Positions 11,414 to 23,800 of a stretch of DNA of 64,000 bases are shown here, piece by piece (position 1 is the first letter of the stretch; every line of letters starts with the position of its first letter). The translations under genes were made by a program, and so were the position numbers. This DNA is from Tubiluchus corallicola (taxonomy: Eukaryota; Animalia; Priapulida). The notes under the pieces were generated by a model. The model had not been told where the DNA came from. It saw only the letters and a list, made by a program, of their open reading frames with translations, and searched no databases. The stretch covers positions 806,001 through 870,000 of the forward strand of contig JAQGDQ010000044.1 in the NCBI GenBank assembly GCA_030141605.1, in the 5' to 3' direction.

Positions 11414-13356
11414 CACTACCACTACCACTACCACTACCACTACTACTAATGTGATGTAGAATTACTTATATAACCACTTTCCAAGAAACTGACAGTTTAA
11501 TGTGCTATATTTCTATTTTAGTGGATGCCTGAAGCTGGAATGGTAATAGCGCAAGATAGCCTACCCATAGGCAAAGAAAAAACGTATAGTATCATTACTT
11601 CGGCACCAATCGGACGTACGTTGTGATTGTTTGCATTAAATTTTCATGGGTCACTTGACCACTTTTTAGTTTATTTTCATATATTCACTAATAGTAGTTA
11701 CATAACTCTTTTCAGCAAGGTGTTAAAATTTAGTATGACATTTTCTCATTGAAATATAGCAAGTCCTCACTTAACATCAGGAATTGATTTAGTAAAGTAT
11801 ATAGTATCAACAAAATTGTTGTCAAGTGAAGCCATACTGTCAGGGGAATTAGTATTAATACATGGAAGATTGGATGTGTATAAGTCTTGATAGTTTGTGA
11901 GCTTCATTACTTACATTTACACAGACTATTTCTGGAATACTAATTGCAGTAACTGGCGATTACCCCATTTGAATAAAATTTGGGTTATTTTGTGGCAGTT
12001 TCTTGTAGCGCAGTGTAATAAATTATTGACTTGAATTTCAAGAATAGTTTATAATTTAGGTATTACTGTTGTAGATTCCTTTGTTGTGCACTGTTCACTT
12101 ATGATGTTTTATCTTTTCCTCAGCCTAAAATGCAAACAAGATGACTGTAGCCTATACATATACCCTAAAAGGCAATGCCTTCTTTATGCGACAGTTTCAT
12201 CATGCATCATCATATCATTTGTAAGAGGGGGGGGAAGCATCCGCCGCCCTCCCAGAAGAGAACTCCCAAGTACAGAACATTTGTAGTTCCTAGTCACATG
12301 AAAAACCAAATTAGGTGCACTCTGCAAGCAGCTAGATTTTAACTGTGTTCCCCTGCATGATTTTGCATTTTAGCTGATTGAGTTTGCCAAAAGTATCTTG
12401 GCACTCTAAGTAACAAAGCTGGCAGCCAAGTGTGTTGCGTGAATCAGCAACCAACAGTTCGCATGCTTAAACAGTATTTCTGTTATTAGAACATCAAAAC
12501 CTAAGATGATAATTTTAATCCCTAGATGTTTCTTTGTAAGTGTAAATATGTGCTGTGCCTCGAGTTCTTTTCTAAGTAGTGTGAAATGGGAATTACTTGC
12601 TATTCAAACTGAGGATTTTCCTTTGTTAAAACCAAATTACAACCATCGAATTTTCAAGAACTTGAGTCTGAAATTATTAACTATATGTTTTTTTAATGCA
12701 GCTGGTTTTCGTTCCTATGCAAAAATCAGAAAGTTTAAAGCACTTGAGCATATCGAGTACGTTATAGAGTCACTGATTTTTCCTCGTCGAATCACTTTTG
12801 ATTTCAACACTGAAAAAGATTCAACCCTTAAAAGAAACCTGACCCGATTAACAGTAAAGATGGATGTCGGAAAGATGAGCTATCTTTATCGGGTGAGTGT
12901 ACGCATTGATGGTACATGTTAGTAGTTTTCCTTTCGTCTCCTAGAATTATATTTTTTTATGTTTTAATGCAGTTGCCACTCTACAAGCCAAGATCCTGGA
13001 CTCACCTGCTGTGCTGATGGTTGTGGCTGGACTGAAACATAGCTCATTGTCTAGGATAATCTTCTGATGTGAGACACTAAAGTGGCAAATGTATCTTTTC
13101 TCAGATTCACCTACAATCTTCTTTAAACTGCCAGCATTCTAAAGACTGATGACAATGTGGCAAGTTAAACTTCCCAGAAGCTGTATTCTAGTGATCACCC
13201 AGCCATTTGCTAACCAGGTCTAGCAGTACTTACCTTGCAATCGTTGTATTAATTTTGCAACTTTTTTTATAGTACACTATTCATCCCTGCCTGTCATTTG
13301 TTGCTGGTAATTCAGTGCGTAATGGATTATTCCGATTACTGTGGACATTTCAATGA
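8829..13356 (+). CDS. Uncharacterised ~307-aa protein: acidic low-complexity N-terminus, hydrophobic helix, SRPBCC/START-like (Polyketide_cyc2-type) domain. Exons 8829-8833, 9144-9518, 10644-10818, 11522-11615, 12702-12892, 13273-13356
   Basis: Six exons join in frame through canonical GT-AG introns (phases 2,2,0,1,0). Translation: MDSVDDSGLGDQ...KEGYLKMPSWKFVVPSCIIVAVMAVLAQIEFPTQLILLEKTVALPATIDEVFNMVSDLEKLPEWMPEAG...RRITFDF...LTRLTVKMDV...YTIHPCLSFVAGNSVRNGLFRLLWTFQ*. The segment EKTVALPATIDEVFNMVSDLEKLPEWMP fits the SRPBCC N-terminal signature. Confidence 0.78.
9144..9518 (+). CDS. SRPBCC gene exon 2 (E/K/D/N-rich, probably disordered)
   Basis: ttattgtag acceptor, open frame, gtatgt donor; 375 nt, phase 2-2. 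Confidence 0.75.
10644..10818 (+). CDS. SRPBCC gene exon 3 (hydrophobic helix and start of SRPBCC domain)
   Basis: ccttttcag acceptor; KMPSWKFVVPSCIIVAVMAVLAQ...DLEKLPE; gtttgt donor. Confidence 0.82.
11200..11450 (+). repeat. (ACT)n/(ACTACC)n microsatellite at 11312-11448, preceded by a LINE-like 3' stem-loop (probable L2/CR1 tail)
   Basis: CTGCCACA...TGTGGCAG hairpin near 11207-11246, then AATAAA, then a long ACT run. Confidence 0.75.
11522..11615 (+). CDS. SRPBCC gene exon 4
   Basis: tattttag acceptor; WMPEAGMVIAQDSLPIGKEKTYSIITSAPIG; gtacgt donor. Confidence 0.8.
12702..12892 (+). CDS. SRPBCC gene exon 5
   Basis: ttttaatgcag acceptor; (P)GFRSYAKIRKFKALEHIEYVIESLIFPRRITFDF...SYLYR; gtgagt donor. 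Confidence 0.8.
13273..13356 (+). CDS. SRPBCC gene last coding exon
   Basis: tttttttatag acceptor; YTIHPCLSFVAGNSVRNGLFRLLWTFQ*, which would supply the C-terminal helix expected for the fold. Confidence 0.7.
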   Translation, partial: YTIHPCLSFVAGNSVRNGLFRLLWTFQ

Positions 13357-13671
13357 CAACTGGAGGACGGGGAAGGTGGAGACTATGTGCAAGAAGACAT
13401 CTTTCTTGCTCAAAAGCAATAGACGTGCTGCATTGAATCATTGTTATAATACAAAATCCAGTATCATGGTTTTCAAGTGACTTCTCACAATATTTCAAAA
13501 CAAGAATTGTTTGCTTTATCCAAATTTTTATCAGATTGGAAATATAGGCAGCTTAAATGGGCAGAGCTTTAAGAAATCTGATAAAGTGCAGTACAACACG
13601 AAAATATGAACTGCTTATAACCGCTCAACTGCAAAATAACGCAGTTCTTTGAGATTACATCTCCACTGATG

Positions 13672-14044
13672 CAGAACTGGGATGATTCACTTAACCGGTT
13701 AATTTTTTATCGGTTAACCGATTAATCGGATCTAGGCAAAATCGGAGACCTTCTATAATTTGCTGACTGGATCAGTGGATAATCAAATAAACAAGAAATT
13801 TACAATGCAAACATATATCAGGAATATGTTCAAATAAGAGTGAAACTTTTATACATAGGAAGTGAAAAGTGTGTTTGTAAGGATGCCAAGCATTGTTTAA
13901 CTAAGTGCAACACTTTCCTACATAGAAATGAAAAGTCTCTACAGTAAGGATGTGGTTAAGGTTCAAATTATTTATCATTTATATATAAAGATCGGTCAAC
14001 CGGTTAAAAAAATTTACCGATTAATTTCCATTAACCCAGCACTG
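13672..14044. mobile_element. hAT-type MITE downstream of the SRPBCC stop codon
   Basis: Perfect 8-bp target-site duplication CACTGATG (13664-13671 and 14045-14052); imperfect TIR CAGAACTGGG/CCCAGCACTG; subterminal AACCGGTT/AACCGATT repeats. Confidence 0.82.
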
Positions 14045-16153
14045 CACTGATGTCTGAAGTCCAACAAAATCAAATGGGGATGTACTTTAGTTAAACAATG
14101 TCGTTTTGTGAAAGTACGTTGTCAGTGGGAATTGTCCATGTGATAAGGCTAATACTAGTCAGTTCGAAGCCTTGATTCAGTCTCAATGACTCTTGATCAT
14201 TTATATATCATGCACTCAATTATAGCTTACATAATTCAGGTTATACTAGCACTTTTTACCATATGTCAATATGCTAACTTTGCACTACTGACAAAAACTA
14301 GTTTAAAGCTAAAAATTTAAATCTTAGCATTCATTGGAATATGCTTATCTCTTATCAGTACCCTGAGACATTCATAGTGTCTATACTGTAGTTTGTTAAA
14401 TCATTCATAATCTAGAAAGCTATTACAGTAAGAACATTAATTCTGTTTTGATAGGAAAATAAAATTCTGCAAAAGACTGTGATGAATCTAGTTCATTTAA
14501 ATGAATCTCAAACGTATATAATGCCTATATGAACTATGCGTTTTTATTTATGTTTTAGAATAGTGTATGTATTGTAACTTGAATGTAGTATGTAGCTTAG
14601 AAGTATGTGTCACTTCACATTATTTACAATTCCGTCCATTGCAATATGCCTGTTCAGCACACTATTTTTAAATAGGAAGCAATGCTGATGATATTATCCA
14701 GTAAGTTGAATATGTTACTTGTTATTAGATAGTTGCATAAACTGTGGAAAGCTAAAAAATCACTTCAAATAAAATGAAGTCCCAAGTGCATTTGAATAAA
14801 TTATGTGCATTATAAATTATTATTATTACTAACATAAATAAAATTGCATTCCTAATGCAGGTTGTGTGGAATACATTGTGCCTTATTTATATTGTGATTT
14901 ACTTTCTGCTATAGTTTGCTCATGGTGTTACACTTTTTTCTATTTCTGTACTAATATTTTGCACTTTATTGAGCAGTTGCAACAAAGCCCGACTTTATGT
15001 ATTAAGGTTGTTATCATAATATGCAGTTTAATAATGCACGTTACCTTATTATCAGTTTAATAATGCACGTTTATGACAATAATTGTAACACATTAACTTT
15101 TATATGCAATAGAAGTATGGGGCAGACATAAAAATACCAAAATTGAAGTGAAATCAGATGTTCCAAACTTACTGTTAGGCCCTACATGACATATAGTTTG
15201 TATTATTGTTGAAAATGCAGTGCTTGTAAGAGTGAGTTTCCAAATGTTTCACAGTCATTCTCACTAGTAATTACAACCTTTTATTGGGTATAGTCTATTG
15301 TTTTTGTGCAATGAGGTGGCTGTTACATAATATTATTTTCTTTACATGCATTTGTTCAAATAGTTACTTTTACACTGTTTTTGAATTTGTCGGGGAAGCT
15401 GTGTAGCAAATGAGCATTGAGGGACCAACACTATTTGTGAGACAGTCTGCCTTACCTATTTTTGGATCATTCCACTTTATGCTAGATAATGGTTTGTTCA
15501 TTCACCAATTTAACTTTTGTGTGAATAAATTTTTGCAATTTGCGCACAAATTTTGATTTTGATTTGACTTAATTCATTCCAGGTAACTTTTTCCAAATCG
15601 TAGTGTTTCAGAAACCACTAGTTTTGTTGGGTAAAGCGGGCCTATTTCTTATTCTATTTGATAACCCTAACCTTTAACTTCATCAAATTAAAGTTTGGTG
15701 TTTGATTATAAATATTAGGTTCTGTTATCGAGTCTCCAATACAAACAATACCCCTGTCAGGTATTAATGTGTGATTAATTTAAAATCTGTAGCTCTACTC
15801 CATGCAATTAAATAAAACTAAAATTTAAATGGTCTTTAACTCTATATACACTAAGATCAGTAGTTTAACGATTAATATAAAGTGTGATAGTCTCAGTACA
15901 TAGCAAATTTTTTCACTGGAATTTTATTTTTTCACAATCCAAAGCAAAAATTTGCAGTAACCGATTTAATAAAATGAGTAAATTCAATACTCGTGTAAAA
16001 ATAAATTTTTGCATAATTTCAACAGGTGTTAATCTATCTACATCACAATTAAATATCAAATTTGCTATAAAAATAAATTTCAGGAATCTACAGCATGTAT
16101 GATAGGTCATCATCCCACTTTAAAACATCACACCCCACTCAAGTATCCATTCC

Positions 16154-16655
16154 AAATCTAAAACCAATTCGTATTTGACTAAAACACCATTAGTTTGAAA
16201 ACTGATCTAATTGTTGATATGAGCAAACCTTTGGTTCCCAACTGGAATGCAAAATGTGCCATAATTGAACATACGGTAATGTCCAACCCCCTTTTGCTGC
16301 TTATTTAAGAACGATTTGTCTTATTAATAGTGAAGTTACTACACAAAATCAAGTAAAAAATAGCAATAAAAGAAAAGATGCTTAAAAAACAGGCAATGAT
16401 ATGTTAAACGTCTAGTAATCAGTTTCTTATAACACTAAATCTAAAACCATTTGGTATTTAACTAAAACATTAGTATGAATGCTAATTGTTGATATGAGCA
16501 AAGCTTTCGTTTCCAACTGGCATGCAAGATGTGTTGTACAATAACTGAACACGGTAATCTCGATTCCTTTTAACAAAAATGAAGTTCAATACAATCAAGT
16601 AAAAAGTAGCAAACAAAACAAAAAGCATTAAAAAACAGGGAATGGTGTGTCAAAC
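16154..16655. repeat. Diverged ~280-bp tandem duplication downstream of the PBLD stop
   Basis: AAATCTAAAACCA...CTAATTGTTGATATGAGCAAA...CCAACTGG...AATCAAGTAAAAA...TTAAAAAACAGG occurs at ~16154-16410 and ~16437-16655. Confidence 0.8.
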
Positions 16656-16803
16656 ACAGTAAATAGTAAATTATCGAGCTAGCATTCTTAAAGCAAAAGA
16701 CGTAAATCGGTTTGTTTATAGTGAACAGAACCTTGCACATGTCTGTCTTTGAGTACCATACATCAACTTTCTTTCTGAAGAACAGAAGTAAATCGTCTCA
16801 AGT

Positions 16804-16925
16804 CTAGATACCAGGCACATTCATCCTGCCTTCCACGACTATAACTGCTTGTCCTGACACAGCCACCCTCCCATCTCCTTTCACATCTATTGCCAAGTCT
16901 CCGCCACGTTTTGAACACTGGCGAG
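16804..16925 (-). CDS. PBLD: PBLD exon 6 (last)
   Basis: ARQCSKRGGDLAIDVKGDGRVAVSGQAVIVVEGRMNVPGI*. Confidence 0.93.
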
Positions 16926-17815
16926 CTGAAAAAAAAACAAGCTGGTGTTAAATACTACGATTCTTTATTCGTCTGATAACCTGACAATTCTAGTTTCCCA
17001 ACTTTGCTTGAATGACTGTTGTTGCTGGTCATTGCTATTTACTTAGCTAATTACGGTTGCTAATTTTCCAATTTTTGCAAAGTTAGTAGAATGTTTTTGA
17101 CTGACAATAATGCAAAAATGATAAGTCTGTTGCACTAAAATCGCATAAAACGAAAAAATTATTTGAGTAATTTGTATATGACTTGAGATGTTAACTGAAT
17201 GCTATTGAACTCTAAAAGGACATCAACAATCACAAATATAAGTGTGCCCATGCAAGTCTTGTTTGCTAAATGGTATACACACAACATGCCATCTGCATTA
17301 AATACACAAAGTGCTATTAAATCCAAATAAGAAGTTGTTAGTTTGACTGCTGGTAGGTTTTTCTTTTAGGCGGTGAATGTCAGATACAAGTTTACAACAA
17401 AGCACAAAAACCTGTGAAAATATCTGATAATTTAAAAAACTGATTTTAAAATTAGTTATAAAATGATAACATTGTCGCACGAAAGTAGAAGTAAGTCTAC
17501 TTAGAAATATGAGTTTTTTTTACTAAATTATGGATGTTTCGATATCCCACAATAAGGGAATTAATTAGAAAACTAAGCTAGTTAACAGTCTAATTTAATA
17601 ATCTAATAGATACACTACTATGTTCACGTGCTAACCATTAATGAAAGATTTTATTCCTATAACTAAGTACAGTTCTATGTATACTATAGTAACTAAGTAT
17701 AGTAACTGGATGATGCTCGAAAATAAGAAATTCTGTGATGACGAAATTTACCTGCATAATAGGAGAAATGAGTTCTAATATTTTAAAGTATGGGGTTAGT
17801 GCTATACTCATATAT

Positions 17816-17847
<32 letters not shown>

Positions 17848-20800
17848 CACAGATATGACTAAAAGCCAGTCTAAATAAATACTATAGTTATGTTAACACA
17901 CAATATTTACACAATAACATTTTCACTGGTATCTCCCAATCAAAAAATAAGCTTAGCTTCATAAAGTGGCACTGAATACATGGAATCCTCAACACTGAAT
18001 CAGACAGCCGTTTCATAAGAAAACGTTTTCTATTTTCATATGTAACTGCATCATGCTATCATTCCGATATTATGTGCTTTGTACAGTCATGACAACATAA
18101 GTATTCACAATACTTTAAGTACCACGCAAATGTTGCTTATCAAGGCATTTCGACCAATAAGGTGCCAACACAGTGTGTGCAGAACCAGTCACTGGATCCT
18201 CCGGAATCCCGTTCCAAGGTGTAAAGAAGCGTGAAAAGAAGTCATAACCATCATCGCTGTCATCTCCTTGAAGTGAAATAATTACGCCACGTATCACGCC
18301 AGTCGAGTCTGATGCCACCATCTTATCAATCTGAGGATTTAGCGACTCCAGATCATTTCTAAATAAATAAACATATTTTTCAGACAGGAATACAAAAAAA
18401 CTCACGCAAAATTTTATTTATACCCTGCTTGCAATCAGCAAGCGACGATGTACAGCCACTGGTATCAGTTAATTTTAAAACAACAATAGCGACAACCGAC
18501 TAACACAGAAATCTTTGACAAGGATGATAAATCTTTTATTCAACAAATTGTAATACAATAATACACAAAGAGTGCCTCTTTTTGCAGGCAGACGTTTAAT
18601 AAAGTTTACAGCATAATACAGTGAAATCTTATTTGTTAGCACATTAAAAATAAATAACAATCCATATTAAACTAACTTCATTATGGGTCCAACATATTTT
18701 ATATTACATCGCTTCCCATAGCCTCATAGAAGCATTATTTCCCAACTGAAAACAAAGTGGGCTATTCCTTTACCTTACTACACGACAAATCTTCATCTTG
18801 AGAATAACACAATTTAACAGTTTAATCATTTTGTTATTCGAGCAACACAATAAATTGCTATTATAGAGATCTGCAGTTTCTCGAAATAAAAGCATCTTTA
18901 ATTAAACAAATGAAAGCATCAAAAATTATTGTCTCTTTTACATACAACACAATTGAACACAGTTCTTTATCTCCAATAAAGTACCACTACAAATGTGTAG
19001 TAAATGGCAAATTTAACATCAAAATCTGTCGTTTGAAACTAAGGACAAGCACAATCGCTCGCCCACTAATGATAACTCTCTTAACAATAAAGATTCTCTA
19101 TTATTATACTGTTCAGAACGTTCAGAGCAAAGTTGCCCCACATTTTACAAATAGTGCACCTCTACTATATTTAGAAACACAAAAGTTTTACTTACATGTA
19201 TCGAGTGATTAGCCCCAAAGACTACTTGCAAGTAATTTGAAATAGAAGGGCTACATAATAAGCCAAAAAATATTAATGTCTAACAGCAGTATAAATGAAC
19301 GACTAATTTTCAAGCTTTTTTTACATCTAGTCCTTTAATTCAAGCCACCTAGCCCATCATGTCAAAAATTTTACATCATTACATCGAAATTTTTACCGCT
19401 ACACTGAAAATAATGAATCATGTGTAGATTTTTTTATTATTTGATTGGAATGGCCCCAACACCTGGGTACAGAAAAACCTACTTTTTTGTGACTAATTAA
19501 CAGGATTAGCTTCTAATGATGTAATCCCTAGAAAAGAGCTGAAAAACTCCTGGAACACCCCAAATTAACTAGTCAACTAACAGGAGCATCTAGATGCCGT
19601 AACAGCTTAGAAATGACTACCCATCGTGCAAATGTGTTATAAGCATAGAATTCCTGACATCACAGAATATGGCAGTGACTCATATTTCTGCAACTAAAGG
19701 TAACAAATCCAATGTGCTATACTCCCAAGTCTTACAGTATACTATATGTGATCCTTTCAACATTGAACCGTACCAATGGTAAATATAATGATCTTACGAG
19801 AACAAAAGAGTACATACAGTACCTTGTCAAGTTACTATCGAGAACTATCAGTAGTTTCTTGGTCGTTGGTGAATACTGCACATCTTTTACAGGCAGATTG
19901 CCTACACAAACCTGCAAGATTAAAATTAACTTTCACTTGGCATCAGTAAATTCAAATAAAAACACAAAGTGAAATTGTCGAAATTCTACTATTGAATTCA
20001 TTTTATTGTTTAAAGTGGTAGCAGTTATTTTTTAAATTACCTTTACTGTGTGTGAGATGGGAAATTATAATGACAATTACTCCTTCTTTTTTCTTACAAT
20101 AAGATCTTAGCCTGTGACATTAAATAAATATATGCAGTTAATTACAGCGATACTATGTACAGTGAATAGTGATTGTATTTTCTTCATTTACAGTCATACT
20201 AAACCTCGCTATAACATAAGGTTTTACAGCTTAAAATCCTACCCCATTTACGAATATTCAATTTACTTTATTATAAACTTACTGTAAAACTTGTTTCTTT
20301 TGATTTTTTATTAAATGGCTGTTAGCGGTATTAAATTCGAAGAACCGCCATTTTTGTTGCGTGAGACGAATGGCGTTATGAGTAAAGTCACAAAGTCACC
20401 AAAGATTGGCAAACAAACATCGGTAACCGAAGACGCTTTCTGTACCTCGTATGTCATTTTAGCTCACTGGTGCCAAACAAGCGAAACACTGCAATTTTTA
20501 CGGTAATGCACGCGTTCGAAATTTGCAAGAAAAAGGTAACTTATTTAATTTATCTCTTTTTTGTTTAATAACAACTATGAATACTTTATGTAATCATAAT
20601 AATGTGTTAAGGAAACTTCAGTGTCTGTTGGGGTTATACAGGCCTTTAAAAAATTGAAATGTTTGATACTTAGGCCCTTATACAAGTCAACTAAAGTTTC
20701 AAAGTTGTGGAACTACGAACAACGAATGTAGCATTAGCACAAATTATGCAAATTTAAGTTAAAAATCTTGAAAAATCAACATGCTGTGTTTGTTTTCCAA

Positions 20801-23800
20801 TTCAGTAAACTAATCGCAAACAATCGGTACATCTTTGTACTGCATGCATATTAAATGAGCACATTCAATACTCAAAATAAATAACTTTGATTAATACTGT
20901 TTTTACCTTCAGCAAATCAACAATGGATGACTTATCAAATGGCTGTGGTGGATTGGATGGAAGATCCATTAACAAATATCCATTCTCTTTCTTCTGCACA
21001 GTTAAAGGTCCACTCTTTGTTTCAAAAGTAAGTGAAGGGGATGTATTACCTATTTATAAAAAAATATTTAAAAACTGAACAATGTGATGTGCACCAGCTA
21101 TATTCTTGAGGTGTTACTTTTGAGATTTCAGTATAAATGGATATAAACATATTGTGTAATTATGAAGATGACGATGATGATGGTGATGATGATGAGATGA
21201 TAACGATGATGGTGCCAACAGTTAAAAGGGCAATCACTTAGACACTGATGTTACCTGTTTCTATCAAATAAGGTGGTACAACACAGCACATGTATCACAA
21301 TCTACTGAAATATTGATGAACTTACAGAAGCTGACATATATTTAGCATTACCAATTGAGAAATATAATACAGCAGCAGTAGCCAGAGTTGCATGGCCACA
21401 GAGAGGAACTTCATTAGTAGGAGTAAACCAGCGCAATCCAAAATGGCTGCCATGCTGAAAATCATTGCTTCCAGGTTGACTTAACAATTTTACAAATGCA
21501 GTTTCCGATATGTTCATTTCGCTTGCAATACTTTGCATCACCTCTTCTGATAAGTCATCGTGAGCCTAGAAACGACATATACACAAATAAAAACAAACAA
21601 ATAGCAAGGAATCTATTTATGATCTACTATCCGATAATTTTTTTATTGCCTTTGTTTCTTTTTTTATTGGGTAGCCAGACTATAACAATTTCAGTAGTAA
21701 TTATAGGGTCAGGTAAAATTTCTTGTTATTGTAAGAGTGCTTTGTCACTGCAATAATTACGTCCACTGTGTAAGACTGTAAGGTGTCCAAAGTTGATTTG
21801 AGGATTGGCTGTTTGGAAGGTCAGCACTCCGCTCAGTCCTTTTCACTATTAATAATTATTTCATGATTACTGATTAATGATACTGAATAAGAGGGTCGCA
21901 CTCTAGTTAAAATTTTCAGATAATGCAAAGTTGTACAATCCAATTAACTCTGCAGCGGATTCCCTAATTTTACAGAATGACATTCAGTAATGGAGTAGGT
22001 TAAGTAATGACTGACAATGTTATTTAATGTTGATAAACGTGAGGAAATGCATTGGGGTTTACAGAATCTTAAAAGAAATTACATCATGAATGGAAGCAGA
22101 ATAACTCTTCATAGTACAGATAGTAAAAGCAATATTGGTGCGATAATAACATTAAACTTGAAATTTTCCCAGCAATGTATTGTCGCTGTCAAAAAAGCAA
22201 ATAAGAATTTGGGGACGTTTCTAGAAAGAAAGAAATTCTTTTGAAATCACACATTGCTTTGGTTAGGCTTCATTAAAATTAGAATGTTAATTTTTTTCCC
22301 TTTTGGTAAAAAATAATAGTATAATATAACTGTAATGATTAAAATAAAATGTTAATATAACATTATAATTAATTATTGGTTGCTATGTATGGGTAAAGGG
22401 GTGACAAATGAACATAAGTTTATTAGACCACGGAAATGGAATAAATTTGATTGTTCCATTCTATAAACAAACCTTATATATAACCCCCGATAATATCTTT
22501 TAATCATAATTACATATCAATATAATATTGATATTCTTAAATAGTGATATTTGTGCTATTTTTCTGGTTTTAATCATGATTAAAAGATATTAGAATAATA
22601 AAAGATTATAAAATACTGACCAAGAAAGAAAACATTTTGCATAAATGTAGATGACAATAAAACTTTTTAAAAAGCGGTAACATTTTGACATTTGTAAATT
22701 TTCATTTCTGTGATAGCAAAATAAATGGAATGGTAATTTGTCTACCATGGTGACTGCCACACCAAGCCTAGTAAAGTTTAAATTTTTAAATGAAGATTAT
22801 TTTGTGGAAAAATACGGGGTTTCTAGAAGTGTGCCTGCTTAACTCCTAATCATTACAGCACAACATGCTGCAAAAGGGATGATAACATTAATAATAAAAT
22901 TAACAGCACGATGAATGACAAACTTCCTTACTTGCGAAGTCTAAGACCTAGCCATAACACAGTTATTGACGGTCGCTCCTCAACAATTTCCGAAATTGAG
23001 GTGTCAACTGTTTCATTATTAAAGTAAATACCCAGACATTTTTTATCAATATGAAAATCAACAACTTAAGCAGAAAACGAAATATTGTAATCAAATTCCA
23101 GCATTTTTATCCATGGCAGTCAGGTGAATTAATTAATGAAACGTGTTAAATCTCATTTTAAACGTGTTGAACACTTGCGGTACAGTTTCTACACTCTCCA
23201 TGCTTCACCTGCGTGTGGTGAATAACGTTGTGGCAGGATGAGGGCGGTCATCCGAAAAGTATTATTGTATGCCGGTACAGGTCTGCATTTACTGGCTGGC
23301 GAACTGCCGCGTGTTAAACTGTTGAAAGTACAGCAGTTTATTTTCATGTTGTGTAACTTTTTCGTATGTTATACGTGTGCAAATACCCAGAATTTGTGTA
23401 GCAGAGGATGTAGTAAAGCAACAAGCGATGATGACAGTCTTTTTAAGTCTACTGCCATGACGTCATCAGTGCATAGCCGCCCGAGCGCTGAATTGCGTGT
23501 ATAAAGCAATTGGCATAAGTAAAATCGAGCAATTATTTATCTAATTACTTAATTATTTTCGAAAAGCGATAAGAATATCATTTCAACACATCATCCTTAA
23601 ACTTTTGCTAAAAATTGCTGATGAGGCTGGGCTTTTACTTTAAGTGAATTCCAAGGGCCCACAACACGAGAAGCGAAGAAATGGGCTCTCATGTTAGTGC
23701 GAGAGCATTGTACAAATAATTTAGAATTGTCCATGTGAATCATGCAGTGGTCTAGAAAAAAATTTGTTGCTACACAAATTGGAACTATCACTAATGACTT

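Noticed and set aside
11118-11459. Poly-Thr (mucin-like) ORF
   Set aside because: It is an (ACT)n microsatellite, probably a retroelement tail, inside an intron of the SRPBCC gene.
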